A stretch of DNA of 64,000 nucleotides, taken from assembly GCF_009914755.1 (NCBI RefSeq), contig NC_060942.1; one strand, given 5' to 3'. Source of the DNA: the human T2T-CHM13v2.0 reference genome, Homo sapiens. How positions within the stretch are numbered: the first letter of the stretch is position 1; every line of letters starts with the position of its first letter. The notes under the pieces are model-generated. The model did no database searches and was not told where the DNA came from. It was given only the letters and a program-made list of their open reading frames with translations. This document shows, one piece after another, positions 13,659 through 28,840 of the stretch. The position numbers and the translations under genes are program-made.

Positions 13659-15671
13659 CTATTCCATGAGACATACTGCATCTGGGAGCGCTCATGACAA
13701 TGTTGGCAATCTCTATCCATGCTTTGTGAAGCTCCTTTCTTCCTCCTGTCTCCCAGTTTCTGGATTGACCATTCAGGAATAATGATGAAAGGTTTTAATC
13801 AGTACAGTCACTCAAAATTTGTTAGTCTACTAAATTGTGACGTCCTTAAGGGTAGGGACTATGTTTCACCCACCTAGTATTTGGCAAAGTGCTATCCTAG
13901 TGGATAGTGGGAATTAAGTTAGTAGAATATTTACTCAATTACTTAATGCATTAATGCAAAATTTCCCAAAGTGGTTCATAGTGTGATTCAAGTAGCATCT
14001 GTTTAATGAAAACATGACTGTGTGGCAAAGGCCAGGCTGGGCAAGGCCAAGGAAAGATGCCCAATAGTTGGGGGGACCATTCCATCAGGGTGACCATTCC
14101 AAAGACCAGTCTTCAGAGCAAGGCAGGAAGCAGACTGGTGAACACTCCTTCTGACCTATATACCTTTGACTTCTAACTCTGCAACTCACTGGGCAATATC
14201 GTACCTTCTGCCGTTCTACCTGTCTGGAAGTAAAGTCTGGGGAGTTTGCCTAACCTGCTGACTACAGGATGCTTAGACAGAGGGCAATCCGCCTGGAAGA
14301 GAGAGAGAAACTGACTCTTGAAGGGACAAAAAAGGAATTCAGGACTTATGATACCTGTGGATAAGGAAGAACCGATAGGTAAAAAACGTGTCCACTGGTG
14401 ACAGACTAATGAAACAGAAAACCTTGGGATTGCTTTGTATGAAGTTATGGTCCTAAAAGTAGGCTGTGGCAAGGAAGAATGTAAGAGGGTTAAGTATGTG
14501 TTTTTAGCAAAACTGTGGCACAAACTAACTTAGATGCAAAAATCCATTGCATAAGAAAGTCTCTCTCTACAAATCAGGTTCCACTGAGGACATTTTTGCC
14601 TTTCAAATACAGACTTATAAAAAGCAAAAACAAGATTCTATTAGGATTATAGACACATACTAACTTTTATGATCACATATAGTAGAATCTCAATATATAA
14701 AATGATGTGGAATAATGTTTCGAACTTTCCTTCTCAAGCAGTTTGAATCTTGGGTAGATATTTTCTGCTAAATAAAATGTGAAACTGGCAAGAGCTGAAA
14801 ACATGAATTATACATGTTTACTCCAAAATATACAAGATTATTTTAATCAGGTATTCAGTATTTAATTATCTTTAATATGTGAGCAACATTCCATGCAAGA
14901 TGACGTTACCTGAGGACAAGCAGAGCAAACGAAGAGCTGTTTAAGGCCACTAATGATGATTTAAGTTAAATGATGTAACCAATGATAATTTCTGTAAATT
15001 AATCATACACAGTGTGTTTTTTACTAAAATTTAACTGGGCTATTTTCAGCACAGGACAAGCACCTCTATTTTCTTGGAGGGTAACAAATTGCATCCAGAA
15101 TAAATAAGCTAACATTCCTCCTTCCTTACTTGTATTTGTAAAAGAGATATTGAGATCTTGATCTTTTTTCTCTATGATGTGGGAAAAGAAGGTCATAAAA
15201 AATGGCAATAAACATTTCTAAATGCTAAATCTATCTTTCTGGTCAAGGCCAAATAAACAACTTAATACCATGGCCCTTTCTGTAACAAATCTTACACTCT
15301 CTTCTATCGTCTTGTCATTTTAAAATGAAAATAGGTCAATTTGTGATTATAAAAGAAAACACATTCTGTGACTTCTTGGTGAGCAAGGGCAAATGATCTA
15401 AAATCCTAAGGCCATTGGCAATGGGTAGACAATTGCTGGTGGCACCTACTATGGAGGTCCTGCTCTTCCTTCTCTCATTCTTCGTTTTCCTCTTGCCTTA
15501 CTCTTAAACTCCCTTTCCAGCACATTTATCTCTGTCACTTCTTTTTTCCCCCCTCTCCTAATTAATGTTTATAAGTTGTATCCATGGGTACCACTTGCTG
15601 CCACCTGTGGTGTGACCAAGAGCATCATTAGAAAGCTTCCTTGCCTGCTGCTGCAAAGACGACCAAATGCC

Positions 15672-15759
15672 TACAGTGAATCCCTAGTGGTCAGAGGGCT
15701 TATGATATATTGTGAGAGCCATGTCATAAGCCTTTTGGCCACTAGGGATTCAATGTATG
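15672..15759 (+). ncRNA. MIR6718: microRNA precursor hairpin MIR6718; mature 5p UAGUGGUCAGAGGGCUUAUGA at 15685-15705
   Basis: 29-bp stem (15677-15705 with 15724-15752) whose three non-Watson-Crick positions are all G:U on the + strand, extendable at both ends. The 5p arm matches my recall of miR-6718-5p, which lies in DLGAP1. Confidence 0.88.
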
Positions 15760-16589
15760 CACTTCATGACCTAGCCACAAAAAAACATGAAAAGAGATAA
15801 ATAACAATTCTCATTCTTCTATGCATTCTTGAAAAAAGAGGATGCTAGCCTCTCAATTAGATTTTAAGTAATGATAACAACTGCTGGAAATAGAGAGGGA
15901 AATTGCCTTTCAGGCCTTGTTCTTTGAGCAAGGATGGGGACTGTGGTCAGCATGTCTTCATGAGGGTTTCTGTGACTACCAGTGATTAGCTCTAATTTCT
16001 TCTTGTTCGCTGTGACTTCAACATTCTGTTTTATTGTCCTTCTAAGTTCAATTTTACCATTGTACCATGTCTCCTGATTTTTTTGCTTGGATAATTTGTT
16101 GACTCTGTTTGCAGCCATGAGACAAGCTCAGAGTGTGAGATGCACAGTTTTTCCAGAGTTCCAACACCTGGAGCAGAATTATCACTGTCCAGATGATGAC
16201 CAAAACAAGAATAATCCAGCACTGTAAAGGAAATTTTCAAGGTAGGTAATTTATTAGACCCAAGGAAAACACAAACACACCACATATTAGAAGATGCTGA
16301 CAAAGGGGAAATAGTCTTGCAAAGCTGGCAAGTCCTTATTCCATTTTGATTTTTGTGCATGTCTTTATTTAGAGCTGCTTTTCTTGATTTTTCTTTACAT
16401 GCAGAAATAAGAGCATACTGAAGGCCCTCCTCTGTCTTACCCCATGAGGATGGACAGGCAGGCAATTGCGACTTACTTTAGAAAGAAAGTGGTGGACCCT
16501 GCCCAGGAGAACAGGGGCACTGTGTTCTTGTTTGAGGAGACATCAGGAAGAGGAAATCTCCATGAATCTTTTCAGGGTCAAGCTGTCCT

Positions 16590-16960
16590 AAAAATTTCTT
16601 TTTTGAATTTTTGTGGGTACCTAGTCATGTATATATTTCTGGGGTACATGAGATATTTTGATACAGGCATATAATGTTTAATAATCACATCAAGGTAAAT
16701 GGAATATCCATCACGTCAAATATTTATCCTTTTTGTTACAAACAATGCAATTATACTCTTATAGTTATTTTTAAAAGTGCGATTAGATTATTATTGACTA
16801 TAGTCACCCTATTGTGCTATCAAATACTAGATCTTATCATTCATTCGGACTTGCATCTATTTTTTTTGTACCCATTAATCATCCTCACTCTCCCACCTTA
16901 GCAACACCTCTCAACTACCCTTCCCAGCCTCTAAATGATCATCCTTCTAACTCTCTATCT
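16590..16960 (-). mobile_element. L1MA-type LINE-1 3' end fragment
   Basis: tttgtgggtac...ggggtacatgagatattttgatacaggcat...gtgctatcaaatactagatctt is typical of an L1MA 3' UTR in reverse. Confidence 0.8.
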
Positions 16961-18148
16961 CTCAAGTCAACTTTTTGGCATCCCTCCACCTGCCAGAAGC
17001 TTGTCCATGCCAGGTTATAACATACCACTAAAGAGAAAGAAAAGATTTTCTTGTTGAAAAGTACAAGCAGCCCTGAACAATGACTACATTTTCCATTCTC
17101 CCTAGATGTGCCTGGGTGACTATGCTGGCCAATGGAACATAACTTGAAACGGCATGTGTGATTTCTGGAAAACATCTCTAAAGTGAGGGGCATACGCTTC
17201 TTTACCCCTTCTCTGGCTGGAACGCAGCTGTGGGGGCTGGGTGAATAGTGATCTTTCCCATGAGGTGGAAGTTACAGTTTGAGGATTAGAGAAACAAAAG
17301 ATAAAGGTTCTGACCTACAGCGGAGTGCCATATCCGCCCTGGATGTGCACCTCTGCATTTTGTTTAGTCGAGAGAAAAATAGACCTTTATCTTGTTTCCT
17401 TATCTTATCAAGTAAAGGAAGGGCCTGCGCTGGCCCCATAGGAAGCCAGAGTCCCTTGCTATTGAACCACGTGACAACTTTAGCCAAGGGCTCTGCAGAG
17501 GGAGTCTGTGTGGAGAGAGGAGACAAAATAGCTCGCGGTTATTTTGCTTTCTGTAATTTTGTGTACTGAACCTTGCACCTGCACCTGTTCCTAAGTGAGA
17601 CAGGTAGTCAGGGCAAAATCATGAGACCCTTGGTGAAGCTATGTCAGGATGCAGCACTGTATTTGCAGGTGGTGGTAATCCATTAGAGGAATTTAAACAA
17701 GACAGTGGCATGGTCACACTTGTGCTAAAGATTTCTCTAGCTGTAGTTAGAGAATACATGTGGGAGTGGGGAGGGGCAAAAAGATCTCAAAGAAGCAATG
17801 ATTTCTTGCAAGAGCAGTTTATGAGAGAAGACTGGAAGAAAAGAAGGAGTATACCAAGAGAGGAGGACAATGTCCTGGCCAGCTACGGCAGTGTCTCCTG
17901 ATTCAGACCTCCTTGCTCACACATGCATGCTCCAACCACAGTCTGAACACATACATGACATTTTTTTTTAGACAGAACAAAATTAATTTTCCCGTTTACT
18001 TATAATAAATCCCAATTCTACAGAGATTGAGAATGATGAATGCCCAACAGGCTGATGATTTTAAATTATTACTTTTTAAAATAAGAAAATGGTTCTTACT
18101 ACTAAAAAATGAAACCATGGCACTTTTGCGTAAAAGTAAACAGAAAAC

Positions 18149-18495
<347 letters not shown>

Positions 18496-21056
18496 TTAAC
18501 ATTGTCCAAATGCCCACTGTTTGGATATTTTCTGACCTTTTGAAATTGTACCTGAAGATGATAACTCAATGTCATGTTCTTTCACTTTTCCAGGCTTCCT
18601 TACTTGAAGATTTTCATGCGTTGTGTGCTTAAAATTATACAAGTACTATTAGAACACCTTTGAATAAGCACATTCTGAAATATACCAATTATATTACTCA
18701 AAGTACAATGCTGAGCCATTTTATAGATGCAGAATGTATTTTGGCTTTTCATTAACATTAATTGCTGTCCTAATCATCTGCAGTTTGATTTCGTCTGTGA
18801 ATACCTCTGTCAATCAGTCTGCTCCTACAAATAAATGCCTTCGGAGGCATTTCCTTTTCAAAAGATATGGTATTGTTAAAAAAAAAAAAACCAACGACTC
18901 AACTGAAATCTTCTCCAATTTGGTCACAGTAGGCAGCACAATTACAATCACCTGCATCTCCATACAAAGCTTTTAAAAAGTGGTTTCATAACAGTTTTTG
19001 AGAATAAAAAGGTGGAAGGTAGTGTTCTTTGAAAAATGATTAATAGGTCATTATTGATATTGGTGGTTGAGCAAAATGTCATAGGATTTAGGAGTGATTT
19101 TTATGTGAAGATAATCCAGGCAGTAAACGATAAAATCTCCTAATCTTATTTTGGACTGACAGAGTTCAAATATGCCTGTGCTGACTCTATGGGACCTCGG
19201 AGATATGCTTCCTATGGAATTGTTCTTATCTGGATTTTCAGGAGAGGGTTGGTTATCTCGGCTAAATGGACAGATGAATTCCCTTGGGAGCCAGCTAGGA
19301 GAATGTGGTTACCTTAACCAGCCATGGACAGTGCCCTTCAGGAGGTGCTGCAGCAGGGGGACAGCCTGTCTTATGCGGGTACAATTGATGGGGGTAGAAT
19401 ATTCACAGAGAAGAGAAAAACCCATCAGCGTTTACTCCAAAAAAAGTTGGGAAAAACTTGCAAACTACTGATGAATCTAGGAGAAAGAAGAAATGATGAC
19501 AGAATAAACCTGTTTAATGGTACCTAAAGACAGCCGTGATGGAAGATGGAAAAACACAAAAACAATGACAATCAAAACAATATGACAATACAACTTGAAA
19601 AGGAGCAGTGGAAATAGCCTCTGATGAAACCAAGTTATTTTTGTCTAGATTGCTCATGACTAGCTGAGTAGTCTTGTGAACATGTTCTGGCATATTCTAT
19701 ACAACTTGTTTCACAGCCAGATTTTATATATACATACATGCATATATATATATATATTTACCTGAATCAAATTTTCTCTTATAAAGTCTCTTTCTTTAAA
19801 AGCTGTTGCTCTTCTTACCAAGTTTGCTGTACAAATCTACTTTCCTTAGTGCTGAGACCCCAAAAGTGCAGACATTAAGCCCTTTTGTGGTAGCTGTTCA
19901 GCTGACACCTGCTTTTGGGAATTTCTTCCCTACTCACAGCATCTCCTGGTGACCCTGTGGCCAGGACTGTTGAAGGTGATCACCACATTTTCTGAGCTTA
20001 TGGAAGACTGGACTCAGGGGCATCCATGCAGAGCCTTCACTGAGCTAATGAGATGCTCACTTTGGGAAATCTAGGTGGGGATGTTCCTAGAATCACTGGA
20101 CTCTGGTAAGCTTCAAGGTCAAGTAAAGGAAGGGCCCATGTCGGCCCCACTGGAAGCCAGAGTTGATGCTATTGAACTGTGGGGCAGCGTTAGCCATGGG
20201 CCCTACAGAGGGAGTGTGTGTGGAGGGAAGAGAGGAGCCAGTCCAGAGTCCATGGAACCCCAGCGAAAGAAACAGACAGAAGCTGCCTAATGGCCTTGTA
20301 GGTCTAGTCAGGCCTGGCTCCCTGCCCAGAGGGTGAGACTCTGTGGTCATCTGCAGCAGAACCAAGGCAGGCCCACAAAAGCTTACTCATCCAAGTAAAG
20401 GGGACCCTCCTGCCCAGTGGGTAACTGCAAGCATACAGAACCTCCACCACTGTGGTCTACATCCAAGTGGGGCCAATGTGAGTCAGTCTCTGAAGTGGCC
20501 CCAACAGAATTGGCTAAGTTATCCTCATACAGCTTTATACCCATTTAAGTATTTATTGGCTTGGATACATTATGCATGCTAATTCAGATTATACATTCAC
20601 TTTTTGAAAACTATCATCAGTGCCTGCATGAGAGAGGGGTGGTCAGATACCATGTAAGAAGTGAGAAGGACAATCTCTGCAATCGGCTGTTTTTGAAACC
20701 TTACAGAGTATTTTTCCTTCAGTGAGTTTGGCCTGCCCTGACCTCTGCAATAGTTGCTGTTAATGGGAATTAGATTTGTAATTCCTCAAACACTGCCCCT
20801 TCCTTCTGCTTCTGTCTTCCCATCATTTTTAAAGTGCCTTATTCTGACTCTTCACACATCTAGCAATCTGACCCTTCTAACTTTTTTCATTTTGGAACTG
20901 GTTTTTATTGTCTTTTAGAATTCTACCCCCAGTCTTAAATTTTAAACAAACAAATCCACATCCAGTCAACTTTCTGAAATATTTTTTGCTGTGATAGAGA
21001 AGGAAGTATGATGGCATTCATTGTTTCTGGATTAAAGTATTTTTGTTTGTATTACA

Positions 21057-21214
21057 TTTTATTTTTTTAGGGACAGGGTCTTGCTGTATCACCCAAGGTG
21101 GAGTGCATTGGCATAATCATGGCTCACTGCAGACTTGAACTCCTGGGCGCAAGCAATCCTCTCATCTCAGCCTCCCAAAGTGCTGGAATTACAGATGTGC
21201 ACCACTGCGCCAGC
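21057..21214 (-). mobile_element. Alu monomer (FLAM/AluJ-like)
   Basis: Single-monomer-length reverse Alu sequence. Confidence 0.8.
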
Positions 21215-22092
21215 TTATTTCTGGATTAAGTTTTGGCAGATAAGAGTGTTGGCCTGTAAGTTATCAGCCAAATAGTCTTTGACTGTACTGAGCATGAAGT
21301 CAAATCAAATCAATACATATGACTTTAATTCAACAACTATTTATTGAATAGCTATTATTACATGCAGTGCACTGGGCACTGTAGCAAGAATTGAAGATTC
21401 TTAACATTACACCTTCAACTTCCTGTCTCATAAGTTTTCTTGTTCTCTTGCTCCCACTTTTCCTGCCCTCTGATGGTTCTCATGACAGTTTATTCCATAC
21501 ACTGTTTCCTCAGCTCTGCCCTCTTCTCCCATTCCATCCATCCCTAGTGGTCTTCACTTCCTCCCTTGCCAGCCTAGGAGAGACAGCAGGTCAAACTTTT
21601 TTTGTTAGCCCCCTCAGGTCCCTTGCTCTATGATCCTTCTACCTCACTCACTGTGGACAATATACATCAAGGACTGATGCTACTGTCCTTCTGTCTTTCC
21701 ACACAGAGGCTGCTGAGTGTCGCTGGGGATGGGACTGGTGCCATGGCAAATTCCCGGTGTCCACTCTTGGCTCTACTCCCAAAGCTGATTAGGAATAGTA
21801 TCATGGGTCTCCTGGTTCTGTTCCAGCTGCCCTAAGCCCTCAAGTCTACTCCTTATTTCTCATCTAGACTTGGTTGGGAAAACAAAGTAGTAACCAATAA
21901 ATATCAAGTGAATAAAAATGGAATGGTCTCTGCCTCTAGGAATCATAACTATATACCAGGCACGTGTTGTCCACTTTAAATGCATGATCTCATTTTAATC
22001 TCAAACAACCCAATATGGTACGGACTAGTCTCTGGATAAGAAAACAGACTTTTAAAGAGGAAATAACTTGTCTGAGATAATATATTTAGTAA

Positions 22093-22365
22093 TTTTTAAA
22101 TTTTTTTTTAGAGAGAAGATCTCACTCTGATGCCCAGGATTATAGCTCACTGTAACCTGGAACTCGTGGGCTTAAGGAATCCTCCTGCACAGCTAGGACT
22201 ACAGGAATGTGCCACCATGCCTGGACAATTTTTTTCATTTTTTTGTAGAGATGGGGGGTCTCACTATGCTGCCCAGGCTGGTCTCGAGCTCCTGGCCTCA
22301 AGCAGTTCTCCTATTTCAACCTCCCAAGGTGCTGGGATCACCTGCATGAGCCACCGTATCCAGCC
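22093..22365 (-). mobile_element. Degenerate AluJ
   Basis: Reverse Alu dimer with J-type motifs. Confidence 0.85.
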
Positions 22366-22434
22366 ATTGTTACTAAATTTTGAACACAGCATGTTCTTAA
22401 TCACTAGGCCATAATGACTGTTCTTATCACCTCT

Positions 22435-22438
<4 letters not shown>

Positions 22439-22486
<48 letters not shown>
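22439..22486. repeat. (CA)24 microsatellite
   Basis: Read directly. Confidence 0.97.
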
Positions 22487-22488
<2 letters not shown>

Positions 22489-23192
22489 CTTTCATACTGC
22501 TAAGAGTATTATTTGTAATATGATCTTTGTTACCTGATTATGCCATTCTTTCACTTTAAATTCTTCTCAGACCCTCTACACTTTTTCAATATAATCTAAG
22601 CCTTTGAATGTGACTCAAGGTGGGAGGCTCCCTGACCCGGCGTCCATCTGCCAGACAGCCCTGTCTCCCCACCCCATACCCCACACAGCTCAGCTCCAGT
22701 GACACTGGGCTCCTTGTATTCTTCCCCACATGCCACATTCCCCATTGACTCTGTGTTTCATGCTCTCTAAAATACTCACTTCCATTCTCTATACAAATTC
22801 TTATCCCTTCTTGAAGAGTAGGTACAAATATAGCCTCCTTCTTAAAATATTCCCTGACTAAAGGAATCATGGAGATGATAGGCTTCATCTAATTTACGAT
22901 CTAGTTGAGAAAATAAATCACATAAACGTGAACAATCAGCAAACAATACAAGTCAGAATCTAATCAAGTGCTAGATTGTATGGTACATGTCGCATATATA
23001 ATGCACCAAGTGAAAGCCTTTGGAAAAAAGAAGTCTGGAAGATGCAAGAGTTAAGGAGTGTGAAAACATCTCAATTTAGGAGGTGTAGCTGGCTCAGAGC
23101 AGCACATTCTTCAAAGACAAGGTTTTTAGGACAGTGTGCAATTCCTGTTCCATATTTTGTTCAAATCTAACCACTTTCTCCTCTGGCTTTTT

Positions 23193-25017
<1,825 letters not shown>

Positions 25018-25124
25018 AAAAATATGGAATGCTTCATGAATTTGCATGTCATCCTTGTGCAGGGGCCATGCTAATCTTCTCTGTGTCATTCCCAGTTTAG
25101 CATATGTGTTGCTGAAGTGAGTAC
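25018..25124 (-). pseudogene. Full-length U6 snRNA pseudogene (RNU6-type)
   Basis: The reverse complement aligns end to end with U6 (GTGCTCGCTTCGGCAGCAC...TTCCATATTTT), mostly with CpG transitions. It is fused directly to L1. Confidence 0.96.
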
Positions 25125-25595
25125 TCCTCTTACTTTTTCAAGGCCTTCCATTTCTACCTCTGATATGATCTTTGATGATACTATTCAGATGTTGGCCAGA
25201 TTGTCTGAGAGCTACAGAGTTGACCTCCTTGTTTGTCCCTTTCAACTGCTCTTAGATGTTAAGCCACTAGCTTATGTAAGGGAACTATACGAAATAGGCA
25301 TTTATACTTGCTATGGTTTTTACTGTCGAGATGTTGCCTGTCTCAGCAAAGAGTGCAGTGCCATGTGGTAAATTCCTCTCAGGTGTCAGTATTAACAAAA
25401 CTGTGTGCTTAACAGCTGCCTTTAATCGTGCAGGTGCTATTACTCTTGTAAGATGAGTATGTTTCCACTTCGAGCAGTGCGTGCTCCACCAGCTTGAATA
25501 CCAGGAAGGTTATCAGGAAAAGCTATGGCAAAATCATGATGGTTTTAGTACTTTTCCATTTTTATCCTACTATCATTGTATTTCCCTTGGATGTT

Positions 25596-25600
<5 letters not shown>

Positions 25601-25643
<43 letters not shown>

Positions 25644-25664
25644 CATCATCATCATCATCATCAT
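25601..25664. repeat. Compound (CA)20(CAT)8 microsatellite
   Basis: Read directly. Confidence 0.95.
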
Positions 25665-26399
25665 CTCATAAACCACTTTAATCTCTCGTGGAAACAAATT
25701 GTAGTAGAGGTAGCAAATCTACATCCAGATACCTCTGTATTATGTAAAATATGTCAATATGCTTTTTCCCTCACTTGATATCATCCATTGACTGTGACAA
25801 TGGTTCTCAAACTCGAGTTTGCATCAGAATCAGCTGGATGTCCCAACGCATAGATGCATTCGATAAATGTTAGCCAAATAAATACATGAATGGGAATTTT
25901 CCTGCTCGGTAAACAAGATATTTTCATGGGAAAAGTGTGACAATTTATAAGTAAAATGACTATTTTTGTACTGGGAATAACGCATTGTTGGTGCCAGCAC
26001 CGTACAGAGCAGAGCCACTGTGCTGATGGGGAAGTATTGGACCAGCAGTTAATGAAGACTGCTAAAGCCTGCTTTGCTGTTTCATCCGCAGCACACAGGC
26101 CGCATCTGTCCTGGGGCTCATTTGTCCTTCTTCAACCTCCTCCACAGTTAGAGGCTCCTGAACTACAATGGCAACGATTGAAGAAACTGTTGTTGAAAAG
26201 TCCACGCCAAATTCTCGGTATGTCACTGAAGACAAGGACATTTTGGGTAGAACCAGGCTGCTAATCCACTCTTGCCAGGAGGGAAGATTTTTTCTCTTTC
26301 TGTAGTGAGCAACAACGCCACTCGGTAAGCTACAGAATTATCTAACTAGTATTTTTGAATCTAGAAAAAATACAAGCTTTGCTTTATTAATGGGCTTAT

Positions 26400-26600
26400 T
26401 ACATGTATGTGCTGAAAACTTGATATATGCTCCTTCTCATGCTTGCAAGTGTGACATGGTTTCTTCCCTTTTCACAGATGAAGAAACTGAGGTTCATGGA
26501 AGTTAAATAACTTGCCCACAGGGCACAACTAGTAGGCAGCTAAGCTAGGACTTCAACTGAGGTCTGTAAGACTTAAAGCACATGCTATTCCTGCTCCTCA
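26400..26600 (-). mobile_element. MIR SINE
   Basis: cagatgaagaaactgaggttc...aagttaaataacttgccc is the reverse MIR core. Confidence 0.7.
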
Positions 26601-26923
26601 ATAGCTTTCCTGCTAAGCACCAAGAGACGCTAGGCTGCCAGGAACATCACAGCAGAGACCACCGTCAATCAATGCATCTCCACCGTCTTTTAGACATTCT
26701 TTTGAAGAAAGATTTAGCTGCTAAAAGAAAAGATGAATATACAAAAAGGATAATACTACCATATTTCATCATATTGTCTCGTTTTAATACAAGAAGACTC
26801 ATCCAGCTTAAACATTTGATGTTTAAGAAGCTAACCAGCAAGCTGCCCTCTGGGAATGCATACCATCAGGTATGGATCAGTGGCCCTGAGATCATGTTCA
26901 TAACTCAGCAGCTTTGTACAAGC

Positions 26924-27535
26924 TGTCAAGACTCAGAACATGGTACCCCAAAGTATGGCACCTTGGTGTGCTGAGTACTGTGGACTGAAGGACATCGGAA
27001 ATGTCTCAGAAGCTATGTCTCTTTGACCTTCTCCCAGCCTCCTGTCTCCTACCTGTCTTTCTCCCTTGAAGTGAGTCATGGCAACCATAATTCCTCTTTC
27101 CCAAGGTGTGTCACAGAAACTAGAACCCCTCTCCTCCAAGGGAAGCCGTGAAACCTAGAAAGGTCACTCTCTGCCTTCCCCCTTCTCCCTTGAAGACCCT
27201 CATTCCAGAGGGGCCCTGCCCCATATTCAGGAGGGTTACACAAAGAGGTTAAGAAGAATTTGAACATTCAGGCCTTGCTGGGTTCCCTGCTCAGTCTATC
27301 AGCATTAGATCACACCCTTTAGTCCATCACATTTCTACACCGCTGTCCATTCTTCATCAAACCGAAGAATAAAAAAAGTTTTCCCTGGGTCTTTGGATCT
27401 TCATTTCTGAGGAGTCCCATGTTACATAAAACTTTGATTACCTTCATTATGCTTTTCTCTTGTTAACCTGTCTTTTGTTATAGGAGTGACCGTTATGATA
27501 GGTGAGGAAAGATATCACACATTTCTGCCCCTACA
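26924..27535 (+). mobile_element. ERV1-class solo LTR (MER34/MER39-like)
   Basis: TG...CA termini, 612 bp, 4-bp TSD AAGC (26920-26923, 27536-27539). Family-like start cagaacatggtaccccaaagtatggc; AATAAA at 27368. Confidence 0.85.
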
Positions 27536-28041
27536 AAGCCAAAAATGTTGGCCGAGGAATGCTGCTAAGCTCAAGGCCGTAGCTACTCACAAGCTTTTCT
27601 CTCCACTACCAAGACCTGTAGATACAATGTGAATAATTTTAACCTTGATATAGAAGGGAGCCAATGCAGAAAATAACTTCTCAGTTATCCACAAAAGCTA
27701 GTAAAAGAGCTAACATTCATGTATTTTTTTTCCCAACAAATATTTATTCAACATCTACTAAATGACAGGTACAGTTCTAGGAACAGGGGTCCAGTAATGA
27801 ACACAATTCCAAAAGTCCATGGCTTCATGACAATTATATTCTTGTGTTGGGAGACAGACAATAAACAAATATATTGTGTATAAAATGTTGATGATGGTAT
27901 CATGTCTTAGGTGATGACATATTAACTGCCTTCTGTAAGCAATCTTTTATAAACTCTTTGCTGACTTGGAGGCACTGAAAGTTTTACAAAAACATTGGCT
28001 TATTTATCAAAGAGGAAGTATAGTAAAATTTGCACTCATTA

Positions 28042-28608
<567 letters not shown>

Positions 28609-28649
28609 CAATATGTTCCAGAAAATATTAGAAAAATGGATATGTCTCT

Positions 28650-28840
28650 GTGGTAAACCCTGTCCTAGGCATCTTATATGTATTATCCCACTTAATTATC
28701 ACAGCAGCCCTATGAAGCAGGTACTCTTATTATCTTCATTTCCCAGAGGAGGAAAATAAGGTATGGGAAAGTTAAATAATTTACTTGTAGTTAATCCAGG
28801 AAGTCAGACTCCAGAGCTCACAGTTTAGGCACCACTACAC
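28650..28840 (-). mobile_element. MIR SINE
   Basis: acagcagccctatgaagcaggtactcttattatc...cagactccagagctc is the reverse MIR pattern. Confidence 0.65.

Noticed and set aside
15045-15064. REST/RE1-like TTCAGCACAGGACAAGCACC
   Set aside because: Half-site spacing and the right half deviate from TTCAGCACCNNGGACAG.
25481-25778. His/Thr- and Ser-rich ORFs
   Set aside because: Translation of the (CA)n(CAT)n microsatellite.
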